A stretch of DNA of 64,000 nt from NCBI GenBank assembly GCA_030704615.1, contig CM060733.1:73904001-73968000 (forward strand), in the 5' to 3' direction. Source of the DNA: Takakia lepidozioides (taxonomy: Eukaryota; Plantae; Bryophyta). Both the position numbers and the translations under genes were made by a program. Of the stretch, positions 34,781 through 45,639 are shown in pieces. Numbering within the stretch: the first letter of the stretch is position 1; the number at the start of each line of letters is the position of its first letter. The notes beneath the pieces were generated by a model, which saw only the letters and a list, made by a program, of their open reading frames with translations, made no database searches and was not told the origin of the DNA.

Positions 34781-37624
34781 TCAGTCCACCCTCACTATGG
34801 AGCCCTGATCTTCAATTGCAGTGGTTTCTGCCTCAAACACTCCCATCTCCTTACGTTCCCGAGTATCAAGTATGCAAGAATCAAGAATGATTTGGGCAAT
34901 AATTGGACCAGACACAATAATCGGAGACTTAGCAGCAGTGCCCTGTAACCTCTCCATCTCGTCCACCAGTCCATTGTACATTAACTCCGCCCAAGCGACA
35001 TCCTCTCCCCTCAAAGCTTTCAGGATCTCCTCTGTGAATGACCTGCTCAAATACTGTTGGTTCTGTTTCATGGCAAACAGAACGTTCAATATTTGGCCAA
35101 CATCCCTAAGCCATGGGTACTCGGCTTTGGTACAAGCGTAACCTTGAGATTTAAAGAAACTCCCTTCTTGGAACAAATTCCCTATCTGCAATCTTGCCCT
35201 GTGCTCATCCACATCCACATGTCCTGATGGCAAATCAAACAATTGCTGCAGGTACTGGGGAGTAATTTCTATATCTACTCCCCTCACCTGAGTAACTCCC
35301 GTCCGAGGCTCAAAGTTCAAAAGAAATTGAATCATAAACTGCCGATGATGCAAGGACCAGTCCTTGCGTAGCAGCCCCTTCAATCGCAACTCCCTTAGCA
35401 GCTGTATTGCCTGCGGTGCTGCAATTGTTTGCTTCTGCAGAATCGTGGTGCTCTTCACCCTGATATCCTCCATTCCCCTCACTCTCTTCATTCTAGACAA
35501 ACAAAAAGGCTTTGTTTGAAATAGCTGAAGGAAAGCTTGCAGGGCACAGAGCATGAAGGTATGGTTGGCATAGAATGGAACAGGTAAGTGCGTGTAAGTC
35601 TGTGGGGCTTGCAAGTATCGAGTGAGAGAAAATGTACTCTCAATGCTTCCGTCCTTGCGCCACTGCGTGAGAAGTAAAGCGAGTGTATAATCCGTTACAT
35701 CTGCCATAGCTACAAAACTAGTGCTTTGATTGCCCCTGTCGTCGAGACCTTGGCTATTCAGAGCCACCCCGACTCTTCCGCTCATAACACTTCCTATTTC
35801 TTGTTCTTGTTTCTTGGAGGGAACCACCTGCATGTAATTCACACTCCTGATAGGCTGTGGACTGCTTAGGTAATTTCTTAATTCCACCCCCTTCCATGGA
35901 CATTCCCACCTGGAATATCCAGTAGGACAGCACATGTGGCATAGGTTTCCCTTTTTTGTACTCGGAAAGGGTTCCATTACCCTTACACTGAATGCATTAA
36001 TGGGCCCACAATTAGTATTAGCTACTGTACCGGGTAGGTACTTTGACGGCCCAATTTGTCTGTTTGTATAATGAGACCTTTTGTTGCAATTGATGCAGTG
36101 CGGTGTGCCACGCCTTAGTGGCCACGTGTCCATTTCAAAACAGGCCCCCGACTTCCCCTCTCCGCGTGGCATATTCTCCAAGTTTGACTTCCAAACTTCC
36201 TCTTCACATAATGGCCATTTTTTAAACGTTAATTTGCGTCCACCTGTCACTGACCCTATGGACTGTGGAATCTGTATGGGCTGTGTTGGGCTGTGACAGG
36301 CTGTGTGGCACTGTGGTGGGCTGTGATAGGCTGTGTCACACTGTGATGGGCTGTGATAGGCTGTGCGACACTGTGATGGGCTGTGATAGGCTGTGTGACA
36401 CTGTGATGGGCTGTGATAAGCTGTGTCACGCTTGGACTTCCCGCCCTGGTCATACACGCTCGGCTTAACGACAAGTGCTCTATACTCCGTTGGTATCACT
36501 GGCGCAGCACGTGACTGCTTTTGCGTTTCAACATGCAAATCGTGCTGCAATGGTTTGTCATGGATACCACTGTACCCCTTCAACTTATTGGCATTGACTC
36601 TTCCCAGCATCTCTTTGTTAATGGTTTGTAACATGGCGGTGTTGTTATCATATGTCTTCTGTATGACATAAGGTCCTTTCCATGGTGATTTAAGCTTAGA
36701 AGCTTTAATCTTCCCCTTCTTCTGCAACCAGAGAACCAAATTTCCTGGCTTAAAAGTCTTCAATTTGCCTTCATCAAACTGTTCCTTCCTCTTCATCTGA
36801 ATTATGGTCATGTTATCAGCTGCATCAGCACGTACTTCTTCCACATGGTATAATTCATGTTTCCTGACCTTAATCGAATCTTCCAATTCCATTCTCTTTC
36901 CCCATTCAGTTCTCATGGTAGGTAACAAGAATTCCACTGGAAGTAAAGCTTCCATACCATAAACTAATTGGAATGGTGTATACTTAGTGGTGACTTTATA
37001 TGAAGTCTTGTATGACCACAAAGCTGTCAGCAGCTTTGTATCCCAATCCGTTCTGTTTGCATTGACTATCTTAGCCAAGATAGTACATAGTATTTTGTTG
37101 GTAGCCTCTGCCTGCCCATTACCCTGTGGGTAATATGTTGTACTCTTCCTATGCACAATCATAAACTCTTTAGTCAATATTTCAATGGTCTCATTAATGA
37201 AGTGATTTCCCTGGTCACTGATAAATTCCAGGGGACAGCCAAATCGTGTAAGTATGTTCTCATATAGGAACCTTGCTGTGGACTTGGCTGTATTGTCCCT
37301 CAGAGCTTTAGCTTCCACCCACTTCGTAGTATAATCAGTGGCTGTAATTATGTACTTGTTCTGTGTATTCTTGGCCGGTGGGTTAATTGGTCCAACGAAG
37401 TCTAATCCCCATTTCTGAAATGGTTCAGTAAGCATCGTAGGATGCAAAGCCATCTTCCCAAATCTTTGCAAAGGTCCTAGCCTCTGACATTCATCACAAC
37501 TCTGACAATACTTGTGTACATCTCTGAACAAAGTAGGCCACCAGTAACCTGCCAGTAGTATCTTCCTACTGGTAGTCTCTTCTCCAAAATGTCCTCCAGC
37601 CACTCCTTTATGAACTTCCTCCAA
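34781..37624 (-). CDS. Integrase core continuing in frame into a repeat linker and a putative plant transposon protein-like domain
   Basis: [29 protein letters not shown]; then CxTAYHSPSQ repeats and FMIQFLLNF..VRGVDIEITP..LFDLP. Confidence 0.75.
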   Translation of the reverse strand: MEEVHKGVAGGHFGEETTSRKILLAGYWWPTLFRDVHKYCQSCDECQRLGPLQRFGKMALHPTMLTEPFQKWGLDFVGPINPPAKNTQNKYIITATDYTTKWVEAKALRDNTAKSTARFLYENILTRFGCPLEFISDQGNHFINETIEILTKEFMIVHRKSTTYYPQGNGQAEATNKILCTILAKIVNANRTDWDTKLLTALWSYKTSYKVTTKYTPFQLVYGMEALLPVEFLLPTMRTEWGKRMELEDSIKVRKHELYHVEEVRADAADNMTIIQMKRKEQFDEGKLKTFKPGNLVLWLQKKGKIKASKLKSPWKGPYVIQKTYDNNTAMLQTINKEMLGRVNANKLKGYSGIHDKPLQHDLHVETQKQSRAAPVIPTEYRALVVKPSVYDQGGKSKRDTAYHSPSQCHTAYHSPSQCRTAYHSPSQCDTAYHSPPQCHTACHSPTQPIQIPQSIGSVTGGRKLTFKKWPLCEEEVWKSNLENMPRGEGKSGACFEMDTWPLRRGTPHCINCNKRSHYTNRQIGPSKYLPGTVANTNCGPINAFSVRVMEPFPSTKKGNLCHMCCPTGYSRWECPWKGVELRNYLSSPQPIRSVNYMQVVPSKKQEQEIGSVMSGRVGVALNSQGLDDRGNQSTSFVAMADVTDYTLALLLTQWRKDGSIESTFSLTRYLQAPQTYTHLPVPFYANHTFMLCALQAFLQLFQTKPFCLSRMKRVRGMEDIRVKSTTILQKQTIAAPQAIQLLRELRLKGLLRKDWSLHHRQFMIQFLLNFEPRTGVTQVRGVDIEITPQYLQQLFDLPSGHVDVDEHRARLQIGNLFQEGSFFKSQGYACTKAEYPWLRDVGQILNVLFAMKQNQQYLSRSFTEEILKALRGEDVAWAELMYNGLVDEMERLQGTAAKSPIIVSGPIIAQIILDSCILDTRERKEMGVFEAETTAIEDQGSIVRVD
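36278..36430. repeat. 30-bp tandem repeat (GGCTGTGTGACACTGTGATGGGCTGTGATA)
   Basis: About 5 units, in frame, encoding CxTAYHSPSQ; shorter version at 30110-30190. Confidence 0.9.
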
Positions 37625-38398
37625 AACTTTATTTACTTAATCTTGCAATTCCATTCTCTTTCCCCATTCCGTTCTCATGGTAGGTAACAGGAATTCCTCT
37701 GGAAGTAAAGCTTCCATACCATAAACTAATTGGAATGGTGTATACTTAGTGGTGACTTTATATGAAGTCATGTATGACCACAAAGCTGTCAGCAGCTTTG
37801 TATCCCAATCCGTTCTGTTTGCGTTGACTATCTTAGCCAAGATAGTACATAGTATTTTGTTGGTAGCCTCTGCCTGCCCATTACCCTGTGGGTAATATGT
37901 TGTACTCTTCCTATGCACAATCATGAACTCTTTAGTCAATAATTCAATGGTCTCATTAATGAAATGACTTCCGTGATCACTGATAAATTCCAAGGGACAG
38001 CCAAATCGTGTAAGTATGTTCTCATACAGGAACCTTGCTGTGGACTTGGCTGTGTTGTCCTCAAAGCTTTAGCTTCCACCCACTTCATAGTATAATCAGT
38101 GGCTGTAATTATGTACATGTTCTGTGTATTCTTGGCTGGTGGGTTAATTGGTCCAACAAAGTCTAGTCCCCATTTCTGAAATGGTTCCGTAGGCATTGTA
38201 GGATGCAAAGCCATATTCCCAGATCTCTGCAAAGGTCCTTGCCTCTGACATTCATCACAACTCTGACAATACTTGTGTACATCTTTGAACAAAGTAGGCC
38301 ACCAGTAACCTGCCAGTAGTATCTTCCTACTGGTAGTCTCTTCTCCAAAATGACCTCCAGCCACTCATTTATGAACTTCCTTCAAAACTTTATTTACT
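36880..38398 (-). repeat. ~760-bp tandem duplication of the integrase core
   Basis: 37638-38398 repeats 36880-37637 ([11 protein letters not shown]...WGKRMEL); the upstream copy is frameshifted. Confidence 0.92.
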
Positions 38399-41300
38399 TC
38401 ATGGTGGTACAAGCATCGCTTCAGCACTCCATCTGGTCCTAGCTTATACATTCTGCTCCCTACCATAGTGTAAGGTAGAGCCTTGATAGCAATTCTCTTT
38501 CTCTGCTCCTTTCCATAACTTGGTGGGCACTGACCATGAGCAAGGTAGTATCTGATTGGCCACTGCCAATCTAACCAATCATCTGCACTTCCCTGCACCT
38601 CCACTGCAAATAGACTCGCATTTGGTAATTGATCATCTACTCCCGTGGCTGGTTCTCCTGTTGATAACCGTGACAAGTGATCCGCCACAAGATGCAGCCT
38701 CCCAGGCTTGTAAACAACCTCGAACTCAAACTCGTGCAATCTTCTGCTTATCAGAGGTTTGTTTACCAGGTATATCAGAGCCTGGTGATCCACATAGAAC
38801 ATAAACTTCTTGCCCAACAGGTAATGCCTGAATTTCTTCACTGCATAGATCATTGCCAATGCTTCTCTTTCCGTTGTGCTATAATTTCTTTCAGCATTGT
38901 TCATCAATCGGCGAGCATAGTACACAGGTGAATCTATCCTTCCTGTAACATTTTGGGCTAACACTACTCCCAGTGCTTCTCCTGAAGCATCAGAGTGAAC
39001 ATGAAATATTTCCTGCCAGTGAGGATTAATCAGCACAGGTGTAGTTGTTACTGACAATGTAATTTCCTCAAAAGCCTGTTGACATTCAGGTGTCCATGCA
39101 AACACTGCATCTTTCTTCAGAAGTTTGCTCAATGGTGCTGCTATCTGTGCATACCGTCTGACAAATCTTCTGTAATAGCTGGTTTGTCCCAGGAATCTCC
39201 TTAGACTCTTAGCATTTACTAGAGGTGGAGAGGCTTTAATGGCCTCTGTCTTTCTGGGATCCACAAGAAGTCCCTTCTTGCACACAATGTGTCCCAACAG
39301 CACCCCTGAGTTCACACAGAAAGTACATTTCTCCGGATTCAGGCCCAGACCTCTCATTCTGCATCTGGCCAGACATAACTCCAATTTATGCAAGTGCTCA
39401 TTCTTAGAGCTGTACACACAGAAATCATCCAAGAACACCTGCATGAAATCATCCAGATACTCATGAAAATATTCATTTATCACTCTCTGAAAGGTTGCTG
39501 GTGCATTACAAAGTCCAAAGGGCATGACTTTGTATGCATAAGCACCCCAGACTGTGATGAAAGCTGTCTTTCCCTGGTCTTCTTCTGCCACTTGCACTTG
39601 ATTATAACCACTGAAGCCATCCACGAATGAGTACATCTCATGGCCTGCCACAGTGTCCAATACTGCTTCTGTGAATGGCAAGGGAAATGGATCTTTCTTC
39701 GTGCAAGCATTCAACTTCTTATAGTTCACACAAACTCTCAGTTTACCATTCTTCTTGGGAACTATCACAATGGGTGACAACCAAGTTGTATACTCTATTG
39801 GGTATATAAACTTAGCCTCAGCCAACTTCTTTGATCTCTTCTCCAACCTTCTGTGCATAGTTGGGATTCATTCTGTACCTTGCCTGCTTGATTGGTACTG
39901 ACCCTGGTTCCAGTTCAATCTTATGCTGACAAATTTCAGGTGGTATCCCTTTTAGATCCTCGTAGCTCCAAGCAAATACATCTCTGTATTTGATGAACAA
40001 ACTCTTAGCTTCTTCAAAGAATTCTGGCTCCAAATCAGCTCCTACCTTCACCATCCTCGGTTCCTCTTCAGTTCCTACATTCACTTCCTTCACTTGCTCA
40101 TCAGCTGTGATTGTCCAACCAGTCACCACTTCATCCTGTAAACTCACAGTGGCTGGTTCCTCTAGGATTTCCATTTCTCCTTCTCTTTCTTCATAGAAAT
40201 GTGATGGGTAAATGCTGGTTTCCTCTTCAGTTGGTGTTGCTGTCACTACACCACAGCAGATACCTTTCAAACAACTTAGGCTTTCCAGCCGCATCTCTGC
40301 AACCTGCTCCCACTCTGGGTGTGCAGCAAATAGGGTAGCTTCCTGCTCCTCATCCAATCCTCCTTTCCAGTCATACTCTCTGACTCCTCGAGGTCTTCTT
40401 GTAGCAGGTAATCTACTAGATTTCTTTGTGGTAATTTGTATCTCGTGTATCCCATTATGCACGGTTAGTAACTGAGAATTCCAGTCATGGAATACCCTGG
40501 CCTGTTTCAGCCACGGACGTCCCAATAATAAGGAGTAAGCCTCCATGACTTCATCCATTTTCAACACAGTTACTGTGATCATAAAGATCATCTTCTGTAT
40601 CTGTATCTTAACTCCTCTTATTAATCCCAATGGTTGTACACTTCTTTGATCTGCCATTGTTACTGTAAATGGGGCTGGTTTCATGTTAGTTAGACCAAGC
40701 TTCTTCCTTAATTGGTCTGTCATGATATTTACTCCAGAACCACCATCTATCAGTACATCAGTTAGTTCTGTGCTTCCAATTCTCAATTGGATTACTTGCA
40801 TAGAATCATCAAAGTCCATGACTGTTTCTCGCCCTTCCGGCTTCACATTATAACTGGTCACCTTGCTGTTCAGGTCTGTGTTTCCTGTCTCCTGGGCAAT
40901 TCGATTGATTGCTTGATATAGCCTGTGTCTACAATAAGGTGCCACGGCCAATAGCTGTCCAATGGTAATCTCTGCTTTGGTCTGGCATATTACTTCAGCC
41001 AAAGTCCCTTCATTACTTTGCATGTCTGCAACTTCTTTCTTCCTTTCATCCTCACTCCCTTCTTCTTCTCCATCAGAATCAGAGGAATCTGCCACAGGAA
41101 TATCGGTACTCTTATGCATTTCCCTTATGGTATCTGCCATTTCCTTGTGCAGTTCCTTCTCATCTCTCCAAGCCTCATCATCTTCAGGCATATCACTGCC
41201 ATCTTCATTATCATCATCTTCCTCAACTACTGGAGGTATTAGTTTGGCTTTGCTTCTTGTTACTATCATTGTACTTACTTCTGGTACAACACATGGCCTA

Positions 41301-41647
41301 ACCATGTGAGCTGCCACCACTGGGCCCTCATTCACAGGAGCTCTCATCTCATTCTGGTGTCTTATCCAGAATGAACAGGCTGCCTTGCGATGTCCTGGCT
41401 GATTACAATAGTAACACAGTTCTTCACCATTGGGTCCTCGCCCTTGGTCTGCTCTTGGATTATTTCTGTAATCCTGATTCCCTGGCTGGTAATTCCCCCT
41501 TGGATTACCCTGATAGTTGCCTCTGGAATTTCCTTGGTAATTCCCTCTTGAATTACCTCTCCCTTCCATGCCATTGTTATAACCACCAGGCCTACCATAG
41601 TGGTCCTGATCACTGTTTCTTCTTGGCTGGGGCTGCACTTGATGCAC
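38365..41647 (-). pseudogene. pol: zinc knuckle, aspartic protease, RT, RNase H (frameshift near 39830)
   Basis: CYYCNQPGHRKAAC; VLIDGGSGVN; MPFGLCNAPATFQ; FLDD; HSDAS; YSTTEREALA. Confidence 0.92.
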
Positions 41648-41653
41648 CCTTAC

Positions 41654-43630
41654 TTACCTAGGTTCTCTAGCTGCTGTCCTTCTGTTGTAGTAACAATTCT
41701 CAGTAGAATGGTTATCCATCTTACAGATAGTACAGTGTTTCTCCTTCATGTGGCATTCAGTGGTGGTATGGCCTTCATTTTGGCACTTTGCACACCAAAC
41801 ACCCTTCCTCCAATGCGTTGCAGCCTCTCTGGCATACTTCTTCAAGATTTCTTCTAATCTTTTCTCATAGTTATCCCTCTTCAACTTCTCCTTTCTCTTA
41901 CTCTTCCTTTTCAGTTCTTGCTCTTCTTCTTCATTTGACTCATCCTCAGAGTCCTCATCATCCCTTTTCTCTCTCCTGAGCATTCCCAATTGCTCAATTC
42001 TGTTTGCTGTTTCAAATGCCTCCTCCACTGTATTATGGGGTAACATATCCACTTTCTTCTGCAACTCTGGTCTTAGTCCACTCACAAACCAAGTCTTCTG
42101 TAAACCTGGTGCTGGTGCAGCAGCCAGCTTTTTCATCATCAATTCCATTTTTTCCATACACTCCTCAACAGTTTCATGCTTCTTTTGCTTTAACTGTTGT
42201 AAACTTCCATACACTTCATCCTCAGTTTTACTTGTCCTGAATCTATTTCGGAATGCTGTATTCAAGCCATTCCAGGTTAGGAAATGATTATCAGGGAATC
42301 TTGCATACCATTCACTTCCTTTCTTGATAAGTGAACAAGGAAACAATCTCATCTTGGCATCATCGCCATTCTCATTGTTCACTATACACATGTGCTCAAA
42401 TTGGCTAATGTGTACATCGGGATCCCCTTTTCCTGAATATATTGGAAAAGGTGGTTTTGCCCGTGTTGGTTGTAACGCCATCTGTGGCCCTACCCTCTGC
42501 CCACTGACAGGTGCTGGCACCCTTGCTGGTGCTGGTCCTTGAGGACCTGTTGTAGTTGTGGTGGATCTTCCACCAAGTGGTGGCCCCTGAGCACTCCTTG
42601 CTACTGGCCCCACGATATTCACAGTATTCCCAGCTCCAGTTGCACTACTTCCCACACTCCCTGTCCCCCTAGAGCCAGATCCAGGCAGCCCGCCTGATCC
42701 CCCTGAGCCGACACCTTCGTTGGCCTGTGATCTAAGTGCTCCACTTGATCCAGGTCCAACGGGTTGGGATGTCCTGGTTGTAGTCTCAACCTCAGCTGTT
42801 GGGTCTACTTCTTCATACTCTTCATCTTCCAATTTCTTCTCTCTATTTTCATCCTCCAAGTTCTGCCCTTGGGTTTCTTCTTCACTCATGTAACTCAACT
42901 GCAATGGTGTTGGAGAGTCTGAACTCTCCGTTGGTTCTGCCACATTCTCTCCTCCTTCTTCACCCTCCGCTTCAGAAGCTGGAGTTCCTGCTTTTGGTGT
43001 TCCATGCCAACTCTTATCAAAGATTTCTGTCAAATCTTTTATCCAGGGATGTACCTCAGATCTTTCACCTCGTGCCAATAAGTTGATATTAGCATGTGGA
43101 TGCCACATCATGTGGTCGTTATTGGCAACCTCTAATTCAATTGCACGGGGAGGCAACCAAGGGACAAACTGCAGATTTTCAGGAGTGGCACCTGCTGCCC
43201 TTTCTTGTTCCACTTGTGAGATTTCTACTTGTTCACAGAATTCTCTCACTGCCTCTTTTTTTTCATCCGGTAAAATCATGTGCCCAAGGATTGGGTGATT
43301 ACTTACAGAAGGGATGAAGTCTTTTTCAGATGTGTTTGCAGATTTCTGCGTGGAGACAGTCTGGTCATCTTCTGGGTTCGCCATTCTAAGAGCTGCCTCA
43401 ATGGCTGATCCCTTCTTTTCCCATTGTATCAGCTCCTCGGCATCATCTTCCAGTACCTCAGTCATTTTAGTATTGAATTCCTGGAGCTTCTCCAAGTACC
43501 TGCCATTCTTATTTGCCATGATGCCAAGTGCAACCCAATTTTCCAAAGCCAAGGTTTCAAGTAATAACACGGGTTTTTCATCACCTGAATTTTCCAAGGC
43601 CTCAGTATCCATCTTTTGCATGGAAGTCAC
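41654..43630 (-). CDS. gag
   Basis: YSGKGDPDVHI..LFPCSL..WY..W..L..AF retrotransposon gag motif; CAKCQNEGHTTTEC and CTICKMDNHSTENC knuckles. Confidence 0.88.
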   Translation of the reverse strand: MTSMQKMDTEALENSGDEKPVLLLETLALENWVALGIMANKNGRYLEKLQEFNTKMTEVLEDDAEELIQWEKKGSAIEAALRMANPEDDQTVSTQKSANTSEKDFIPSVSNHPILGHMILPDEKKEAVREFCEQVEISQVEQERAAGATPENLQFVPWLPPRAIELEVANNDHMMWHPHANINLLARGERSEVHPWIKDLTEIFDKSWHGTPKAGTPASEAEGEEGGENVAEPTESSDSPTPLQLSYMSEEETQGQNLEDENREKKLEDEEYEEVDPTAEVETTTRTSQPVGPGSSGALRSQANEGVGSGGSGGLPGSGSRGTGSVGSSATGAGNTVNIVGPVARSAQGPPLGGRSTTTTTGPQGPAPARVPAPVSGQRVGPQMALQPTRAKPPFPIYSGKGDPDVHISQFEHMCIVNNENGDDAKMRLFPCSLIKKGSEWYARFPDNHFLTWNGLNTAFRNRFRTSKTEDEVYGSLQQLKQKKHETVEECMEKMELMMKKLAAAPAPGLQKTWFVSGLRPELQKKVDMLPHNTVEEAFETANRIEQLGMLRREKRDDEDSEDESNEEEEQELKRKSKRKEKLKRDNYEKRLEEILKKYAREAATHWRKGVWCAKCQNEGHTTTECHMKEKHCTICKMDNHSTENCYYNRRTAAREPR

Positions 43631-45639
43631 TTGGTGTGACTTGTGCGAGGGTTGCCTGCACAGCAGGAATTGGAGGAGGTAGTGGGGACTGATACCCCAG
43701 GGCTATGAGGTCCTCATTCCAGCTAGGACCTCCTTTGGTGACTTTCTGTCAAGGCCCCCCGAGAACAATTGTCAATATATCAAAATGAGAAGGTGAAAAA
43801 GGAGAAGGGTAAGGGTAGATGGTGTGTACAAAAACCACTAAGTACACTGATCAGATAAAGAAAATGAAGATATACATGTCATGTCAAGACATGGACAAGA
43901 CTGCTAAGGTCATTGTCATTGAAAGACAAAACAGCCCTTTACAGGGCACCATCTAACATTCCCTTTCATGTTTACAGTCTCATTTGAATACCCCATTACA
44001 TTTCAGGGTCTCTGAAAAAATAGGGTGGGAGGGTGGGATTCCAGGTCATTCATATCATGAAAGCACCATGGTATGCATCATCATCTCAAAAATTCATTTC
44101 AAACTCATTTCAAAAACCAGATTGCAGGTTTGGTTTGAAGTTGATGTTTTTAGAACCAAGATACAAGCAAGATTCTTAAAAAGGAAGAAAAAACAACAGG
44201 GTTGAGCCCCCTTAAGCAGGTATAGGCCCGGAATGGTATTTTAAGGCCTCATAAAATAGCTCTGCCAAGGTGAAAGAGCAGCTCAGAAACCCCTGTTTGT
44301 TATCAAGCCATGAGACCAAAATGATATGAGGGCCTTGAAGAATGTGTGTTATCTATCAAAGCCTATCCTTTTCATCCATCGGAGTCATACCAAGAAGTTT
44401 CATTTCAGAGCCAAGTATCAAAGCAGTCAGAGTAATAACTGCTATTTTGTATCCTTGTACCCTTCATAGTTTAACTCCTACACATGCAAATGTGGTTGTA
44501 AAAAACCAAAAACAGGGGTAAGGAGAGAAGCAGATCCTCATTGGAGCCATCTTGGAGCAGGTCTGAAGCGGCATGGTGGCACTTTGAAACAACAAATGGT
44601 ATCAGCAGCATAGGCAGCAGCAGAATCCACATTTGCAAGAACAGGAGCTGCAAGCTTCAAGAAATCAAGACAAGTGAAGACCCTCACTTGTGCCCGTCCC
44701 AAAAACCACCACATAGCGATGTGTGTTAGTGAGGATGCAGCAGGTGAGTGGCATGTCTTCACAGTTGCTATCCATGTCAGTGTTGAATTCTAAAGCATGT
44801 ACAGATCATAATTCAAGCAAGGGTAAACTCAAAAAACCTTGAGTGTTTGTGGTATGCCCTGCGCCATGGCGTCCAACAGATCGTCTCCAACAGAACGCAA
44901 TCAGAGTAGAAGCGTTCACAGATAGAGAATGGCTCGTACACAAAGAGAGAGCAACATGTAATCAGTAGATAAATAGGGATAGAGTACTTCCCAACAAGGA
45001 GTAAAAGCGCCGCTGCAAAATAAAGAACCATGAGTTTCTGATCAAAGCGATCACCGCTTTGTCGTCTGCCAGAGAGGAATCTGCCTAACCACCAATGCGC
45101 ATCCCAAGAGCCAGCCATCACGAGTACCATGTAGCAGCAGAGGAGCAGGTTTATACGGCGCATCATCAAGGTTCACTGAAGCACGAGTTCAGTGCTGTGA
45201 AATGTGTCGGCCTGCTTAGGGCACAACTTCCCGATTTCTCATCCAGGGTGGATGAAAAATCACATTTTTATCAAGAGAAGCACTTTGTCAATGGATGACA
45301 TCCAATAGAAATGTATCTTTTAGGGTTATGGTAAAGGCTTAGGTTTAATAACTGCCATCATTTATGATGGTAGTTTTATTATTCTCTTGGATTTTAAAAT
45401 AGGTAACCATTATTCATGTAGTTCATCCAGTTTAGATGAAAGAAATAGATGGTAAATCAAGCTTTCTGTACATTAAGTTTCATCATCCTATAATAATATC
45501 ATCCAGATTTGGATGAAAAAGGTTGGGATGAAAAACTAAATAACCTCAAAAGGTTAAGGTCAGATGAAATCCAAAGAGTTATAGAGGGAGAGGGAGAGAG
45601 GGAGAGAGAGGGACAGAGAGAGGGAGTGAGAGGGAGACA

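Larger units (their letters stand above)
30990..43700 (-). mobile_element. Large non-chromovirus Ty3/Gypsy element (Athila/Tat-like organisation) with extra 3' ORFs; 5' LTR not seen
   Basis: gag 41654-43630, PR 39818-41647, RT/RH 38365-39858, IN 36500-38364, extra ORFs 31887-36500, polypurine tract 31916-31930 and LTR to its left. Confidence 0.88.

Noticed and set aside
41648-41656. Programmed stop-codon readthrough between gag and pol
   Set aside because: An in-frame TAA is present, but a CAA-to-TAA mutation in a decayed copy is equally likely; family consensus needed.
44813-45169. Hydrophobic 118-aa ORF as a host membrane protein gene
   Set aside because: No recognisable family, no supporting structure; may be chance.
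45318-45347. Telomere-like TTTAGGG motifs (also 30921-30938)
   Set aside because: Only 1-3 degenerate units; not an array.
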